Source of the DNA: Iphione sp. A-MEVVRFRX5 | Lineage: Eukaryota | Length of the DNA: 64,000 bases | Direction of reading: 5' to 3' | Assembly: GCA_976226885.1 (NCBI GenBank) | Contig: OZ320317.1 | Span: 3,100,001 to 3,164,000, forward strand | Shown here: in pieces, positions 1 through 13,062 of the stretch | How positions within the stretch are numbered: the stretch's first letter is position 1 | Layout of the letters: each line of letters starts with the position of its first letter | The notes under the pieces: generated by a model | The model's input: the letters and a program-made list of their open reading frames with translations, nothing else | The model's database searches: none | Told to the model about the DNA's origin: nothing | Translations under genes and position numbers: made by a program

Positions 1-102
1 ATAAAAAATTCTTGAAATAGTATATACCATGTATAATGTATCTTGTTTGATTTGAATCAGACAACATCTGGCGAGTCTGATGCTATTGATCTACCCCCGA
101 GG

Positions 103-675
103 AGAGTTATCATCCTATCTGACTCCAGAGGTTGACACCTACTGGATCACATTGAGTCCTACAAGAGTGATGAAACTATTTATGATCTCAGATGCAAACC
201 TGGGGCAGATCTTAATGACCTCATAAAAACGCTACCCCAACCAGTACAGGCTACAGTACCAATTGATGAAGATGAAGATCTTAGATCTTTATTTTCTATG
301 CATACAGAAAGAATGTACAAGGTTTCTGACTTATCTAAGCTGATATGGTCTCCAATCAGATTGTATACTTCAACAAGGTGAATGAGAAATTCATACAAGA
401 AGGAACGTACAGTGAATGTGATCCTCAAGTTCAGAAAAACTTTATAAGGGCAATATTTAGGATAAATAAATTCATCATTAAAACTAATGACATGCACAGT
501 CTTAGATCATCATCGGTTGAGAGACCAGTCCATGTTGTCCAAAAAAATTGATACTGCTCTTTCTTCAACAATCTTGAGGATGGAATCCATCCAACTCCAT
601 CCATGTCTGAATTCTGGCCTAGGCAAATTGTTGCCTGCAGTGAAAGAAATGCAATACTATGGAATAGTATTAGCT
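103..675 (+). pseudogene. Decayed SGNH/GDSL hydrolase-like ORF (probably TE-derived esterase domain)
   Basis: Manual translation gives RVIILSDSRG* (SDS at 118-126), CKPGADL (PGA at 199-207) and, in another frame, LEDGIHPT (579-596). These match SGNH blocks I, II and V in the correct order; stops and frameshifts lie between them. Confidence 0.55.
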
Positions 676-693
676 AGTGCCGGTTACTGTATT

Positions 694-1660
694 ATTCAAA
701 TTCAAATTCAAATTCTTCATTGGTCTTATCACAATGGTGAGTTTTCCAAGATCAATACTGAAAGGTAGGATTGAGATACAATTGAAAGAAACTGTTATCA
801 GCATGTATACAGAGATATCGAATAGGCTGTTTATCACAGCATTTTTTGCAGCATAATTTATACAAATAAACCAGTTACAATACCTTATGAATAAGTACAT
901 TAGATATGTCTCGATAGTAGCAAAAACTCCCTTGATGTCTATCACAGCTTATTTTAATACAGTACTCCTTGTTAATCTGCCAACTGCGAGGTTATGATCA
1001 GTTCCTTCAATTAATTGAGAGGCATAAACACATAAGCACAATGGTAATTGTCATCATTAGACATGCACATCCAATATGAAGTCATAATCGCCCACCAGTT
1101 GTAAGTAGCAGATGACCCTTTTGCACTTCCTGTCAAAACCAATGTGACGAGCTCAGAATCAAATGTGCACTACATCAGATAATGTCATCCATTTGCTAAA
1201 CAATTACTCACCAATGCTTCCAAAGCCACTTTCACAAAAAATGAACAATCTCACAAGCTGTCCTCTTGTCGACAAGCCTAGAGACAAAGCATTCTCATTG
1301 CTATTCTAAATTAGAGGACATGACTGTCTTGACCGCCATCATTTTGGGGAACCTCACATTCTCCCTGACGTGTATTGGAAGACGATTCCAGTCTCCACCA
1401 CCTTTGAAATGTAGAGAGCATGCAAACTTCCCAAATCTAGCCTTAGGCAGCACACATTGCAATGTCTGACTCACTCTAGTTCTATATAGTCGATACCAAA
1501 TTAGACTTGGGTGTATGGATACACTGTTATCTGAATATTCAACCATTTTTCTCTGATTAAACTAACAACCAATTACCTGAGAGCCCACTTTTGTCAAGGT
1601 GTATAGTTACATTTAATTAAGGGTGGCTCTAGCATCTGTCAAACCAAACATCCATTGTCA
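694..1660 (-). mobile_element. 3' fragment of a CR1/L2-superclade LINE
   Basis: (ATTCAA)x3 tail at 694-714. ORF 1301-1546 ends in LPKARFGKFACSLHFKGGGDWNRLPIHVRE, the usual post-RT WN-x-LP terminus of these LINEs. Confidence 0.65.
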
Positions 1661-2189
1661 TGGTGTATGGCTACACCTGACATACACTCATTCACTCGAG
1701 TCACTCAAATTACAAATTATGATTAATCCTTGCAATTTAACTATGGATACCGTATACTACAGGACCGTAGCACTACTCTACTCCTACTATGCTATTCTTT
1801 ATAACTGGATGTATGGCTACAGCAGTATGACTGAATAATATCTGTCATGTTCTTCTCAAATAAAACTGGAGTCTGCCAATATATTTTACTGTAGTATTGT
1901 TCACAGTTGTCTCCATCAAATTCAAGCAATCTCACCATCCTAATTATTTGTCTTTCATCATGTATATAAGTCCATGTCATAGTATATACACTGCTCACAG
2001 AGGATATGCTTACCACTATAACTACCCTGATAACATCACGATACAGAATATTGGGTTATGGATACACCATACCATATCAGTACCCCTCAAGAAGTCACTT
2101 TAACTTACCTCAAGTAGCAAAGCACTGGTTTATAGTTAAACCATGTAGTAACTCTGTTAGAAATCCTTACCAGTATGATGATTTCAAAA

Positions 2190-3990
2190 CACCCCAAAAT
2201 GACTAAAGGTTTAGTGATAATGCAAGTAAATGTTAGAGGCATTGGCAATAAGTTAACAGCTATAGAACTTTACGTAGCAAATAACAACATAAATATTTTA
2301 GCAATGCAGGAGACCTGGCTGAACAGTCTGTATCCCAGTAACATATTACAAGCAAAAGGATACTCCTAACTCAGACAAGTTGGAGCCATTACGAGCACAG
2401 ATGGTAGTAAGACTAAGGGTGGGGGAGGACTTGCTCTATATGTTAGGGACGCACTTTAACCTGAATGGTTAAAAATATCAACACCTAAATATACAGACTA
2501 TAATATTGAAATCCAGTGTACTGAAATTAAACCAGGCAACTGGAAAACAATGATCATAATCAATGTCTACAGGCCTCCAAATGGCTCAACCACTGCCTTT
2601 TGATGGGTATACTTGCTAATGTCGTATCAGAAATTAGTCACCACAAAGACATAATAGTACTAGGTAATATTAACATTGACTAATTAAAAAAAAACAAAAA
2701 CATCAGAACAATTATCCTCACTATTAAAGGACTTTGGTCTTAAGAACCACATAAAAGAGACTACAAGAATCACAGCCAAAACTTCATCTGTTATCGATAT
2801 TATTGCAAGTAACTGCCAACATATCTAAAAAAAGTGGTACCTCTGCCTGGAATATATCAGGCCTACAGTATCTATAGTAGAACGCAAACAGTTGTTATTA
2901 AACGAGAAAAACAACCCTGGAGGACTAAATCACTACTGCATTTCATTCAACTAAAGAATTATTACATGAGACAGAACAGAAAACACAGATGCCAGGATAC
3001 ACAGAACATCTATACTTATCTCCAAAATACAGTTGCCTGTACTCTCAAAAGAGCAAAGAGTTACTACCTTCAAAAGCAGTTCAATAACACTAGGAAAGAA
3101 CCAAAACTATCTTGGAATACATTGAATGATGAGCTGGGAAGGACCAAGAAGGGTAACCATGAGATAAATCTATAAGGGTGAGGCAGTAGCGGGTATACTT
3201 AATGAACACTTTACTGGAATAGCTGGAATCAACCCCCTGTACCACTGCTGAAATTGTTCAAGTTGTAAGATCAATCAATACAAATAAATCTTCCAATATA
3301 CCTGGTTTACATATAAAAATCCTAAAGGCCCTTTTAAGGCACAGCCTAAATCAGCTAAAACATGTCATTAACTTGAGTATTGAGCAGTGTGGCATGTGTA
3401 TGAATGAGTATCGTTCTATGACAGTCAATAGAGTGATCCACAGTAGGAATCCACAAAGGAATCCGCAATGAGCAATCCACGACAGGTGAATCTGTGACGC
3501 ACATGGACTTAAGATAATGCGCAGTAGAAGTGTATCACAGTGGGGTTGTTTATTTGTAGGGCAGTTTCCTTGAGACCAGACATATGTCTAGACAGTTTAT
3601 TTTTAATAACTCTTATGTAACCCTGTCATATATAAACCCATGTTTTTCTAGAATAAACAGACTCCTTCTCTTAGCACACACAAGAAAGATCACCCCATGC
3701 ACAACTATATGTATGTAATTGGAGTGAACCATATTCTTTTGCCTTTGTTAAACTTATCCATCATTCAACCTTTGGCAGCTAGAGCTCATTCGGACTTTAG
3801 ACAAGTTACAGCAGAATTACTTTCCAACATATTGGAAGGTGGCTACTGTCAAACCTCTAAACAAGGGGGGAAATAAAATGTTGGCAAATAACTATAGGCC
3901 AATATCTCCTTTACCCTTGATGTCCAAACTGATTGAATGGATAGTATTTACCAACTCTACTCTCATTTGGAAGAAGATACATTGCTTAAC
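2190..3990 (+). mobile_element. Decayed LINE ORF2 (APE endonuclease, linker, start of RT)
   Basis: QVNVRG..QETWL, KGGGGLALYVR, NVYRPPNGS, VLGNINID and TTRITAKTSSVIDI are APE motifs. FPTYWKVATVKPLNKGG..NYRPISPLPLMSKLIE is the RT N-terminus. Many stops and frameshifts; split by a solo LTR. Confidence 0.85.
3388..3810 (+). mobile_element. Solo LTR, 423 bp
   Basis: Ends TGT...ACA; 4-bp TSD GCAG (3384-3387 and 3811-3814); TATATAAA near 3629 and AATAAA near 3652. Removing it restores LINE frame LKHVINLSIEQ-NYFPTYWK. Confidence 0.85.
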
Positions 3991-5809
3991 CATTGTCAAT
4001 TTGGATTTAGGAAGGGGGAAACAAAAACAGAAGTATGACCAGAAGGTTCAAAAATGAGTGATTCCAAGTCAAAGTCCAGTCTGGTTATGCGACACACCAT
4101 TTCAACACCTGAAAAAGGGAAAATTGAGTTCTCCTTGGTGGATAAACAAGGCTATGAAAAAGTCTAGTGGAGCCTGATCAACTCTGTAACAAGCAAGAAG
4201 AAATTCCTTACCCATTGGCTACTTATCCAACTTGTCCTCTGCAAGAAGCAAGGACCCAAAACATGTCAGAGACAAATCGGAGCAGGCAGATTCTGATGAT
4301 CCGTGGGTTTACAACCACCTCCTCATAACTTGCAGGGGAGATTTGCCCATCAAAGGTAGGTGTACTTGCCATCCATACACCTGACACCCGACCTGATCAT
4401 ATATGATGGAGAAGGTGCCGTCCTTGTGTAAGATGATTCGGTGTCTTAGCACATTGTGTGGCCAAGGATTGGGAGTCACCTCTATCCCATCGTCCTTGTC
4501 ATCATCAGATGTGGCTGGTGAATTGGGAGGTGTATGAAAAGGAGGCACAAGGCAAGCATGAACAGTGACACCATAATCCGATCCCAGACCAGTAGCCATT
4601 TCTGGGGCTGGAAGATATATTTACCAAACATAAGATGGGGTTGTTTCCCAGTGAAAGAAACCAAAATAAAACATTCACTTAGTAAGGGTGAGCACGACCG
4701 AGGCACCAAGTGTGACAGCAGAGCTCTCTCAGGGTTGATGCAGCTCAAATTTGCATACACCCGACCCTGGATGCTCACCCCTGTGTTGTTAATTCTCCAT
4801 TCCATTTTTTCATGAAACAAGTGATGCATCTCTTGGGTAACCCCAGATTAGGAGATTACTACCCCGCTGTTACAGAAAGTGCCCAGAATGTATCAAAGTG
4901 GCAAGTGAGTAGCTGTTGCCCTGGAAAGTAAAAGAAAATGACCATTTAGAATGAAGGTTTTGCCAAGTCCAAACCTGAAAAACGTCTATTTGGAATGCTA
5001 AGGCAGAAATTGTAAAATTGAAAGAAAAATATCAGCCCACCCACTTGACTCACATCTCTGGGAAGAGTTGAAGAGGATCACTGGCAGATAACAGCCTTGA
5101 CCCCCAGATGGATAGCTGGTTGCAGCATGTGGAGGCAGGTGCCTGGCCAGAGGATGGGGTGGCTTCGGCTGGAAATCTGCAAAGAAACTGCCAAAATGAT
5201 GAATCTGAGGTCCTTTTTTATAAAACCTGGACTGAAATGAACAAGTAAGACCCTTTATTGGGCACAGGTCAACCTGAGAAGATCTGAAATTCCAAGTCAC
5301 GAGCCGAGTCAGAGTCGGGGCAAAATTTGAATTGCCTGCTCACTGGGTAACGTTATCCTAGTGTGCTCTGAACTGGAATGTCAAAATCATCACAGCGTCT
5401 CTGTTGGGGGAATAGTTTTCCAGTCTACAATGTGTCAAATCTTTTCTTTTGTGAACAAAATGAAATACCTCCATCATCAAGTTGAGAAGCATGGCGTGAC
5501 AATGCCAGGAACAATGATGAGATGGATGGTGTGTCCTTGGTATGATGGAAAGTTGTTTTTATGTGATAACACTTCTCGAGAGCACCATGTTTCAATGCGA
5601 GACCCACAAAAACACACCATGTAGGATTAAAAGACTTGTACTATCTTTTTGCTGTACAGCCTGCAGGATGGAAAATTCCTGCCATTTCCACCATACCGCA
5701 AGCAACTCAGTTAGAAATTACATACCTTTTGGTGGAGTGGAAAGCAGGACCAGGGCAAGCATTGCCCATACATAAAAGACATCAAGCTATCAAAGAAGCA
5801 AGTGCATCT

Positions 5810-6814
5810 CTTGTAGAGGGAGAAAGGGAGAGAGGGATGGAGGGCTAGGGAAAAAAGAAAGAGCAAGAGCGACAGGAGAGAAGGAGAGAGAGGGAGGAAA
5901 AGAGATAGGATGGGAGACAGTGGGGGAGGGAGACAGAGAGCCAGGGAGAAATGGAGACAAAGGAAAAGAGGAAGAAAGAGAGAGGGAGGGTGAGAGAGGA
6001 CAGGAGGAAGGGAGGCATAGGGATTAGGGAGAGTGAGAAGTAGGCACCGAGGAAACAAAATAAAGAGGGAAGGAGAGTGAGAGAGAGAGGGAGAGAAGAA
6101 GCAAGGAGAGAGAGTGAGAGGAAGGGAAGGAGGAAAGCAAAGAGAGACAGCAAGGAAGAGAGGAGAGAAGAAGAGAAGAGAGAGAGTGAGAGGTAGGTAG
6201 GGAGAGAGAGGAAGACAGAGACAGGAAAATAGGGAGATAGAGGGAGAGACAGAGAGAGTGATGGAGGGATACACAAATGGACAGAGAGAGACAGGAGGGG
6301 GGAAAGAGTGTTAGATGGAGGGAGAGAGAGGAGGGATGGAAGAATAGAGAAGGAGAGAGAGAGAGAAAGGAATAAAAGAGAAGGATGGGAGCGAGGCAGA
6401 CAAATAGTGTGGGAGAGAGAGGGTTAGAGGGAGGGAGAGAGAAAGGGAAGAAGGGTGGAAGGCAGGCAGAGAAAGGGAGAAAGAGACAGGGAAAGATTGA
6501 GAGGAAGGGATAGAGTGAGACAGAGATAAAGAAGATAGGGACAATAAAAGGGGGGAGAGAGAGCAAGGGAGAAAGGCAGAGAGGGAAAGGAAGAGAGAGG
6601 CAGGTAGGAAGAGAGGTAGAGAGGAAGAAAGAGAGGGTAAGGAAGAGAGATTTGGGAAAGGGGAGAGAGAGGGAAGGTGAGAGATTGAGGCAGTAAGGGA
6701 GGGAGAGACAGGAAGAGAGAGAGAGGTAGGCAGAGAGGGAGAGACAGAAAAAGAGAGGAGAGATTGTGAGAGGGAGGGAAGGAGGGAAGGAGAGAGAGTG
6801 AGAGGGACGGAGGG
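5810..6814 (+). repeat. ~1-kb GA-rich polypurine low-complexity tract
   Basis: Almost only A/G on the + strand; it accounts for the L/S/P-rich minus-strand ORFs at 5711-6949. Confidence 0.95.
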
Positions 6815-7197
6815 ATTCAAATTCAAATTCAAATTTCCTTTATTGAACCTCTCCGTAGAATACAGAGCTATCATTGCACAATTGATCTTATTGAGAATGA
6901 ATACAAAATAGGGTAATTGCTGTATGGAAAATGGCAGTGCGACACACACAGTTAGCGTCTATACCTGGGAATCACATCGTCAATCTGCTAATATAACAAA
7001 GGAAGCAAGTCAAGGAACAGGTTATTCTCGAAGCAGTAACATTGCCATTGAGCTGTAAAACCGTGCAAGCTGTCAGACATTCACACTCTAGTCAGAGACA
7101 TACAACACTAGATCCAGTTCTTGGCGTATGTACTTATTGTATCAAGCTGACCAACTCAAATAAATGGAATATCTCGTGAACACATTCTGTACTAAAG
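6815..7197 (-). mobile_element. 3' end of the LINE whose RT lies at 14648-16177
   Basis: On minus, AATAAA (6844-6839) is followed by (TTGAAT)x3 (6832-6815). It rejoins 14515 once the Penelope element is removed (TSD-like duplication). Confidence 0.7.
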
Positions 7198-7407
7198 GTT
7201 AAGACGTGGCAAGCATGTGTGCATAAGGCTACCGTGTCAGCTGTATTTCAAGTGAGTGAAACTGTTGGGAAAGAACCCAGTTGTCAGGGAGAGGAAAAGG
7301 TGGGGCATGGGTTGTTGTGGTAACTCTTCCAAGGCCATTGTGATGTCATGAAAACAAATTGGATATTTGTTTTAAGGTGACAATTATTTATCCTGATATA
7401 TGTATCA

Positions 7408-7446
7408 AGACCACAATTTACCGTTTCGACGTTGTTGTCTCATCAG
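7408..7446 (-). ncRNA. Hammerhead ribozyme core (downstream pLTR copy)
   Basis: Minus strand reads CUGAUGA-GAC-AACAAC-GUC-GAAA-C-GGUA: exact catalytic core with a G10.1-C11.1 stem II. Stem I could not be resolved by eye. Confidence 0.6.
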
Positions 7447-7788
7447 GCACCATTATTTTTTAGTTTTAGATTGACATTTGATCACGGTGTCAGCCAGGGT
7501 GGCTGCTCTTAGCACAGTGTCTTTGGGAGTGGGCAAGGAGTCTTACCAGGTCTCCCGTAGGCTGACTGGGTGTCTAACGCCACTGTGGGAAGCCGTCGGT
7601 TGCCCTTCTTTGCCTGCATTTCCCCCCTTATATGAATGGGAGATAGGGCAGGTTTCAAATGTCTGACACCTGTAATCGGTGTCACTCCCTGCAGTGCCTA
7701 AGTCAGTCAGGGGCTTTCCACTGGAGGTAAGGGGCAATTTTTATGAACGTGGCTAGGTCCAGTGGTGTCCCTGGTCTGATGACGCGCT

Positions 7789-10700
7789 CTAATTAAAGGT
7801 AGCATCCATGACGTTCAGGCCCATGGGTGCGACAGTGTTTAGCCGGTGGATCCAATTGTGTTCAATTAGATCTCGTAGCTTCTTTGCATGTGCGGTGTCT
7901 GGTTTCGCATGTACAAAGTCCACTATGTGGATTTCGATATCAGCGATGCCTTGGTGTTCGCTGTCATTGAAGTGGTCGCCAACGATTGACACACCTGAGT
8001 TGCGTTTGATGTTCCCAAAGTGTCCTTGGAATCTGTCCATCAAACAGTTTTTAGTCTGGCCTACGTATTGTAGGCCACATCTAGTGCATGTTATGCAGTA
8101 GATGAGATTAGAACTTTTACAACAGACATTGGTTTTTGTTGCGTATGTTCGTTTGTGGTATGTGCTTTGGATACGTCCAGATTTGTTGATTTTCGGACAG
8201 TATCTGCACATACGTGTGTTGCACTTGTTCAAGGCAGGTTTTGGTTTGTCTTCTGGTCGTTGTGGTAGTTTGGCTCTTACCAACAAATCTCTGAGGTTTT
8301 TCGGGCGTCGCAGGCCACAAATAAAACCTCTTTTGAGGGTGTTCCGTGTTGCACAAGAGCGGCCCAGCAGGTCCCAATTGTCCGAGACCCCTTGTTTGAG
8401 GCCGTTGAATGATGGGTGGAACGTGGTCACTAGGATGTTTTTGTCCTTCGTTGTTCCGTGGCATTCGTTGGTGGATAAGAGGTCTGTACGTGATAGTCCC
8501 CGAGCCTTGTCGTACGCATCACTCACCAGTTCGGGTGGATACTCTCTTCGGACAAAGGCTTTCCCCAGTTTGATGGCCGAATCGGTGAAGTCTTCATCCC
8601 TGCTACAGATCTGTCTGATGCGTAGGAACTGCCCGAACGGGATGCCCCGTTTGCAGTGTAGCGGATGGCATGAAGAATATGGCAAATAGTTGAAGCCGTC
8701 GGTTGCTTTGTGAAAGACCCTCGACATCAATTTGCCCTTTGGTCCCACATAGACTGTGGTGTCTAAGTAGTCTATCGAGTTTGGAGAGTGTTGCATGGTG
8801 AATTTTATGCTCGGATGGCACAAGTTTAAATGTGCCAGAAACTCAATGAGTGTGTCTTCGCCGTGTGTCCAAATGGCGAAGACATCGTCTATGTAGCGAT
8901 ACCACGCTAACGGTTTCAGGTGGTACGTATTGATGTGTTGTTCTTCAAAGTTTGACATGAAGAGGTTGGCGTACGTTGGGGCGACTCGAGTCCCCATTGC
9001 GGTGCCAGAAACTTGCAGATAATGGTTGCCATTAAATCTGAAGTTGTTCATCTTGAGTACCATGCTCAATAGTTGGCAGATACTGTCATTTTGCAGGCTG
9101 CAATGGCGGCCGGTGCTTTTGTTTATCAGTAGGTGTTGTATCGCCGCTATCCCTCCTTCGTTGGGGATATTGGTATATAGGGAGGTCACATTCAATGTGC
9201 ATAGGATTGCATCCTGTGGTAATGTTGGTTGTGACTCTATCTTATTGAGGAAGTCCGTTGTGTCTTTGAGAAAGGACTTAACGGTCTCCATTAAGGGTCT
9301 TAGCAGGATATCCACTAGTGCAGATATCTTTTCTGTGGGGCTCCCGTTGGCGGACATGATCGGTCTGCCTGGTGGCGGATTGATCCCCTTATGTATTTTT
9401 GGTAGTAAGTAGAACTCTGCCGTGCGTGGTTCTTTCGTTAGCAGCTTTGGGAGTAGATTTGATGGTATCTCTCCCGAGGCGGCTAGTGTAGTCAGGAATG
9501 TGTTAATTTTCTCAGTGTGCACACTGGTCAGGTCAGTGTCTACTTCACGGTAGAAGCGAGGGTCATCCAATTGTTTGGTACCCTCTTTGATGTAGTCAAT
9601 CCTGTTAAGGATGACTGTCTTACCTCCCTTGTCTGCTGGTTTTATAACGATATCATGTCATTGTTGTAACGACTTGATGGCATCATATTCAGGTTTACTT
9701 AGGTTTTTAGCCTTCGGGGCATGGGCTATACTGTTACTTACCTGGAATTCGGTGGCGCTGATGAAAGTTTCTAACGACGTCGGTCCCGGTGGCGGGTTCC
9801 AGGTGTGGTCCGGTTTGAGTACCTTCGATTTGCGGACTTCCGATGTCCACGAAGGTGTTGATGGAGGTTGGCCCGAATTGCCTGAATCTGGTTCACTTAC
9901 CTTATCGGAGGTGTCTGGTTTCTGGAAAAAGTGCTTAATCCTAAGGGTTCTAGAGAACCGATCTAGGTTGCGCTTACCATCACCGAGGTTTGGTTCCCCT
10001 GGTGTGGGGCAGAATTTAAGACCTTTTTCTAACACATTTAATTCATCATTGCTGAGTGTTTGGTTTGATAGATTCAAAACAGTGGACTCAACAGTATAAC
10101 TTTCTTGAATTTTATTTCTGAATATGGTACTTGGACAGTCCGGGCTGTCCGGTGCGTATTCGGTCATCTGGGGTCTGACAGCGATGGCCGCACTCGTCCC
10201 GTGAGGGGTCATAGGTTCTTTCAGGGGTGGTCTTAAGATGGGGATCTTTGGGTTTCCCCTTGAGTTGGGAGGCCTGTTACAGGGCGTCGGCCTTGGGCAT
10301 ACTGTAAGTGTGGGGTCTGTGGTTACTGGGGCTCCTGGCGTCTGAACGCCTTGATAAGCTCCTTCTCCCGGCGTGTCAGTGTCCATCCCCCCTGCTGTTG
10401 GTTCCTGTTGTCCTGGGGTTCCCTGCCACACTGAGGGCGTTGCGGCCCCCCCTGGCGGCATTGTCCCCCCTCGACGACCCTGGTTTCTGGAGTTCCGAGG
10501 TTGGGAGGGATTGCGAAAACCCGTTTGTTGTCTATGTTGGGGTCGGGCTGTCCTGCCCGTAGTTGGGGCCACCCATTGTGGGGGGATGGGTGGCTGGGGT
10601 TGGACAGGCAGTGCCGCTTGCGGGGCGTTCCCTTGGATTGGGAGGGCAGACCATTCATTGGGGTTGTTTGCTGGGACTGGTGCCTGTTGGGGTGCTGTCG

Positions 10701-12771
10701 GGGGCCCAAACGGAGGAGTGGGGTAGGCTTGATTGGTGGGTATCTGCAGGGTTGGGTTATGGGCCTGTTGGGGTTCAGGGCCTACCTCTGGCGGGTCTGG
10801 GACAGTGCTGACCATACTGTAGAACATGTTGGGGTCTGGCTGCCGTTGAGCCAGAAACTCAGTTCGTCTTTCTAACTGTCCTTGCAGGGTTCCCCGTTCC
10901 CTGTTCACTTGCTCTAGGATGCGCTCCTGAGAAAGTTCGAAAAATGGACATCCTGCCTCGGCCAGCATTACCCCGATGGTGTCCAGCACGCGGACCGCGT
11001 CCTCGCGGTCGCTGGCCACCCGTCTGATTAGACCAGACGCAATGGAGTGTTGGACTCCGAAGGTGGCCCTCCTTCATCCGTAGTTGATGTCTCGAACCGT
11101 GTCCGGGTCACTGGTGGCGTAGGGCGGAAGGGGCTCCGCCCCATAGCTCCACGGAGCTAGCAGGTCCAAGTTGTCCAGAGCTAAGAGCCAATGGGCTCTC
11201 GTCTCTGCCTTGGCGCAGTTGACGAGTTGATTACGCACTTTGGGCCAGAGGTCCTCGGCGAAGGGGGGCATTGGAATCCTCCCCTCTGGAGCCTGTGGGT
11301 TGGGTAGGGACATAGTGTTAGGTGGGTCAGTAGTGTGGGTGAATCGACTCCCTACAGTCATTTGATTTGGTACTGGTGGGTCCCTGTTAGTGGTGTCGGG
11401 TGGGTAAGATGGGGCTGACGTGGGGCCTCCCTTACTCCCTTTTGCGTATAGGCTTTTGAGTCTAGATCTCCATTCTTCCGGATTTTGTGTTACCCAGGTT
11501 GGGTCATGGTATAGGGGGGTCTGTGCTCTGCCTTGTGGGGCATTTGGTCTGCAATTGGGCAGGTTTCCCTTAAATTTTCTGGTTAAGTTGGTTCGGAAAT
11601 CCTGGATTTCCGGTTGTTGGTTATTTACCCTCCTTAGTATATGTTTAAAGGTACAGTTTCCTACAGTTGTGTGTACTGTTGGGGCCAGGGGTTGGGGTGG
11701 CTGCTGTTGGGGTTGGTCCCTGATTGTTGTCATCTCTACAACTGTATTATTGAGGGTGGTATTCTGATTTGAGGTTGAGAGTTCCTCAGAGGATTTGGTC
11801 CCCCGTTGGTCAGGTTTCCTACGTTTCTTTGGCTTCTGACGCCTTTGGGGTAATGCGGTCAGGGATTGGTCCCTAACTTGATTGTTCTTCCCTGTCTTTG
11901 GGTCAGGGGTTGAGGCTAGTGCCTGTAGGTGCTTCAGAGTCTCATTGTCATTATCAAGTGATGAAGATGAATTGATTTGTGAACTAATAACAGATAAATT
12001 CAGAAGTGATTGACTGCTCTTAGGTGACCAGTACAGGTCCAAGGTGGACTGTCGTCCATCACTGAGAAGACTCTTAAAAGAATTGTGGCTACGTACCCTT
12101 GGTCCCTGGTTGATGTTGGGATTGGACTGGGCTGGGGCCGCGGGCCTGGGTGTCCCGGGTTGTCTGCCATGGGTTGCCTGGCCGTCGTGTCCCGCCTGGT
12201 CAGGGGGGTTCGGTTGCTGGACCTGCTGTGACTGCAACAGGTTGGGTGGATGATGTCCACTTGGGCCAGGTAAGGGGGTACCTGGCCTATCGGTCGATCC
12301 ATTTGTCATCACTGGTACGCGATCGGTGGCGGTCTGTGATGACGATCCTGCCACTGCAGCTGGGATGCTGCTCAGCCCGTTCTCGTGCGGTCATCTCGTT
12401 GCGTCACCGACCGTCCTCGTGTCGGTCCCGGCCGCTGCAATGGTGATCCCATGCTCCCCGCTGTCCGCTTGGGTCGAGGTGGCGGTCGGTCGTAAACTGG
12501 CATCTTGGTTACGTCCGAACTGTCGGCTTTCATCAAAATATCTGAACGTAAGGCCTTGGTCGGATACAACAGATAGCATATTGGCTTGGTTGTTTGTATG
12601 TTGTCCTGGCGTTATGCGATCGGACTCGTTGAGCGCGGCCCCGGGCGCCTGCGCTTGGTGATCGATGTTTATGTGCTGTGATGCCGTTCGCGAGTAATTC
12701 GCCGTCATCGGCGCTTCGTTTTCGATTGGAGGGGCCGGGTGTTGATCGTTGATGTTCGTATTCTTCTCCAT
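7789..12771 (-). pseudogene. Penelope polyprotein frame, ~1660 codons: long N-terminal extension, DKG region, RT, Cys linker, GIY-YIG endonuclease
   Basis: Track ORFs 12391-12771, 11074-12354, 9658-11019 and 7789-9570 share one frame, separated only by TGA at 12393-12391, 11076-11074 and 9660-9658. Motifs: NLSNQTLSNDELNVLEKGLKFCPTP, VIKPADKGG, GTAMG, YRYIDD, CNTRMCRYC, LIYCITCTRCGLQYVGQT. Confidence 0.92.
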
Positions 12772-13024
12772 AATAAGACATGTCGTTCGTACACACGAAT
12801 AAGGATGATATCGGTTAAGACGTGGTAAGCGTGTGTGCGTGGTGCTACCGTGTCAGCTGTGTTTCAAGTGAGTGAAACTGTTGGGAAAGAACCCAGTTGT
12901 CAGGGAGAGGAGAAGGTGGGGCATGGGTTGTTGTGGTAACTCTTCCAAGGCCATTGTGATGTCATGAAAACAAATTGGATATTTGTTTTAAGGTGACAAT
13001 TATTAATCCTGATATATGTATCAA

Positions 13025-13062
13025 GACCACAATTTACGGTTTCGACGTTGTTGTCTCATCAG
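13025..13062 (-). ncRNA. Hammerhead ribozyme core (upstream pLTR copy)
   Basis: Minus strand reads CUGAUGA-GAC-AACAAC-GUC-GAAA-C-CGUA, the same core as 7408-7446. Confidence 0.6.

Noticed and set aside
4000-5400. Possible decayed gag-, RT- or YR-like fragments on minus (PTFDGQ, FTFQGNSY, NPERALL)
   Set aside because: The motifs are short, inconsistent in order and could not be assigned by eye.
5711-6949. Long Leu/Ser/Pro-rich ORFs on the minus strand
   Set aside because: They are translation artefacts of the GA tract, which lacks stop codons.
7776-7800. Second hammerhead on the + strand (CTGATGA near 7778 and 13412)
   Set aside because: No stem II or GAAA follows.
7789-12771. Programmed UGA read-through, selenocysteine or an alternative genetic code for the three TGA stops
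   Set aside because: Arg fits each site, CpG transitions are common between the repeat copies, TGG encodes the conserved Trp residues, and no SECIS-like element was seen.
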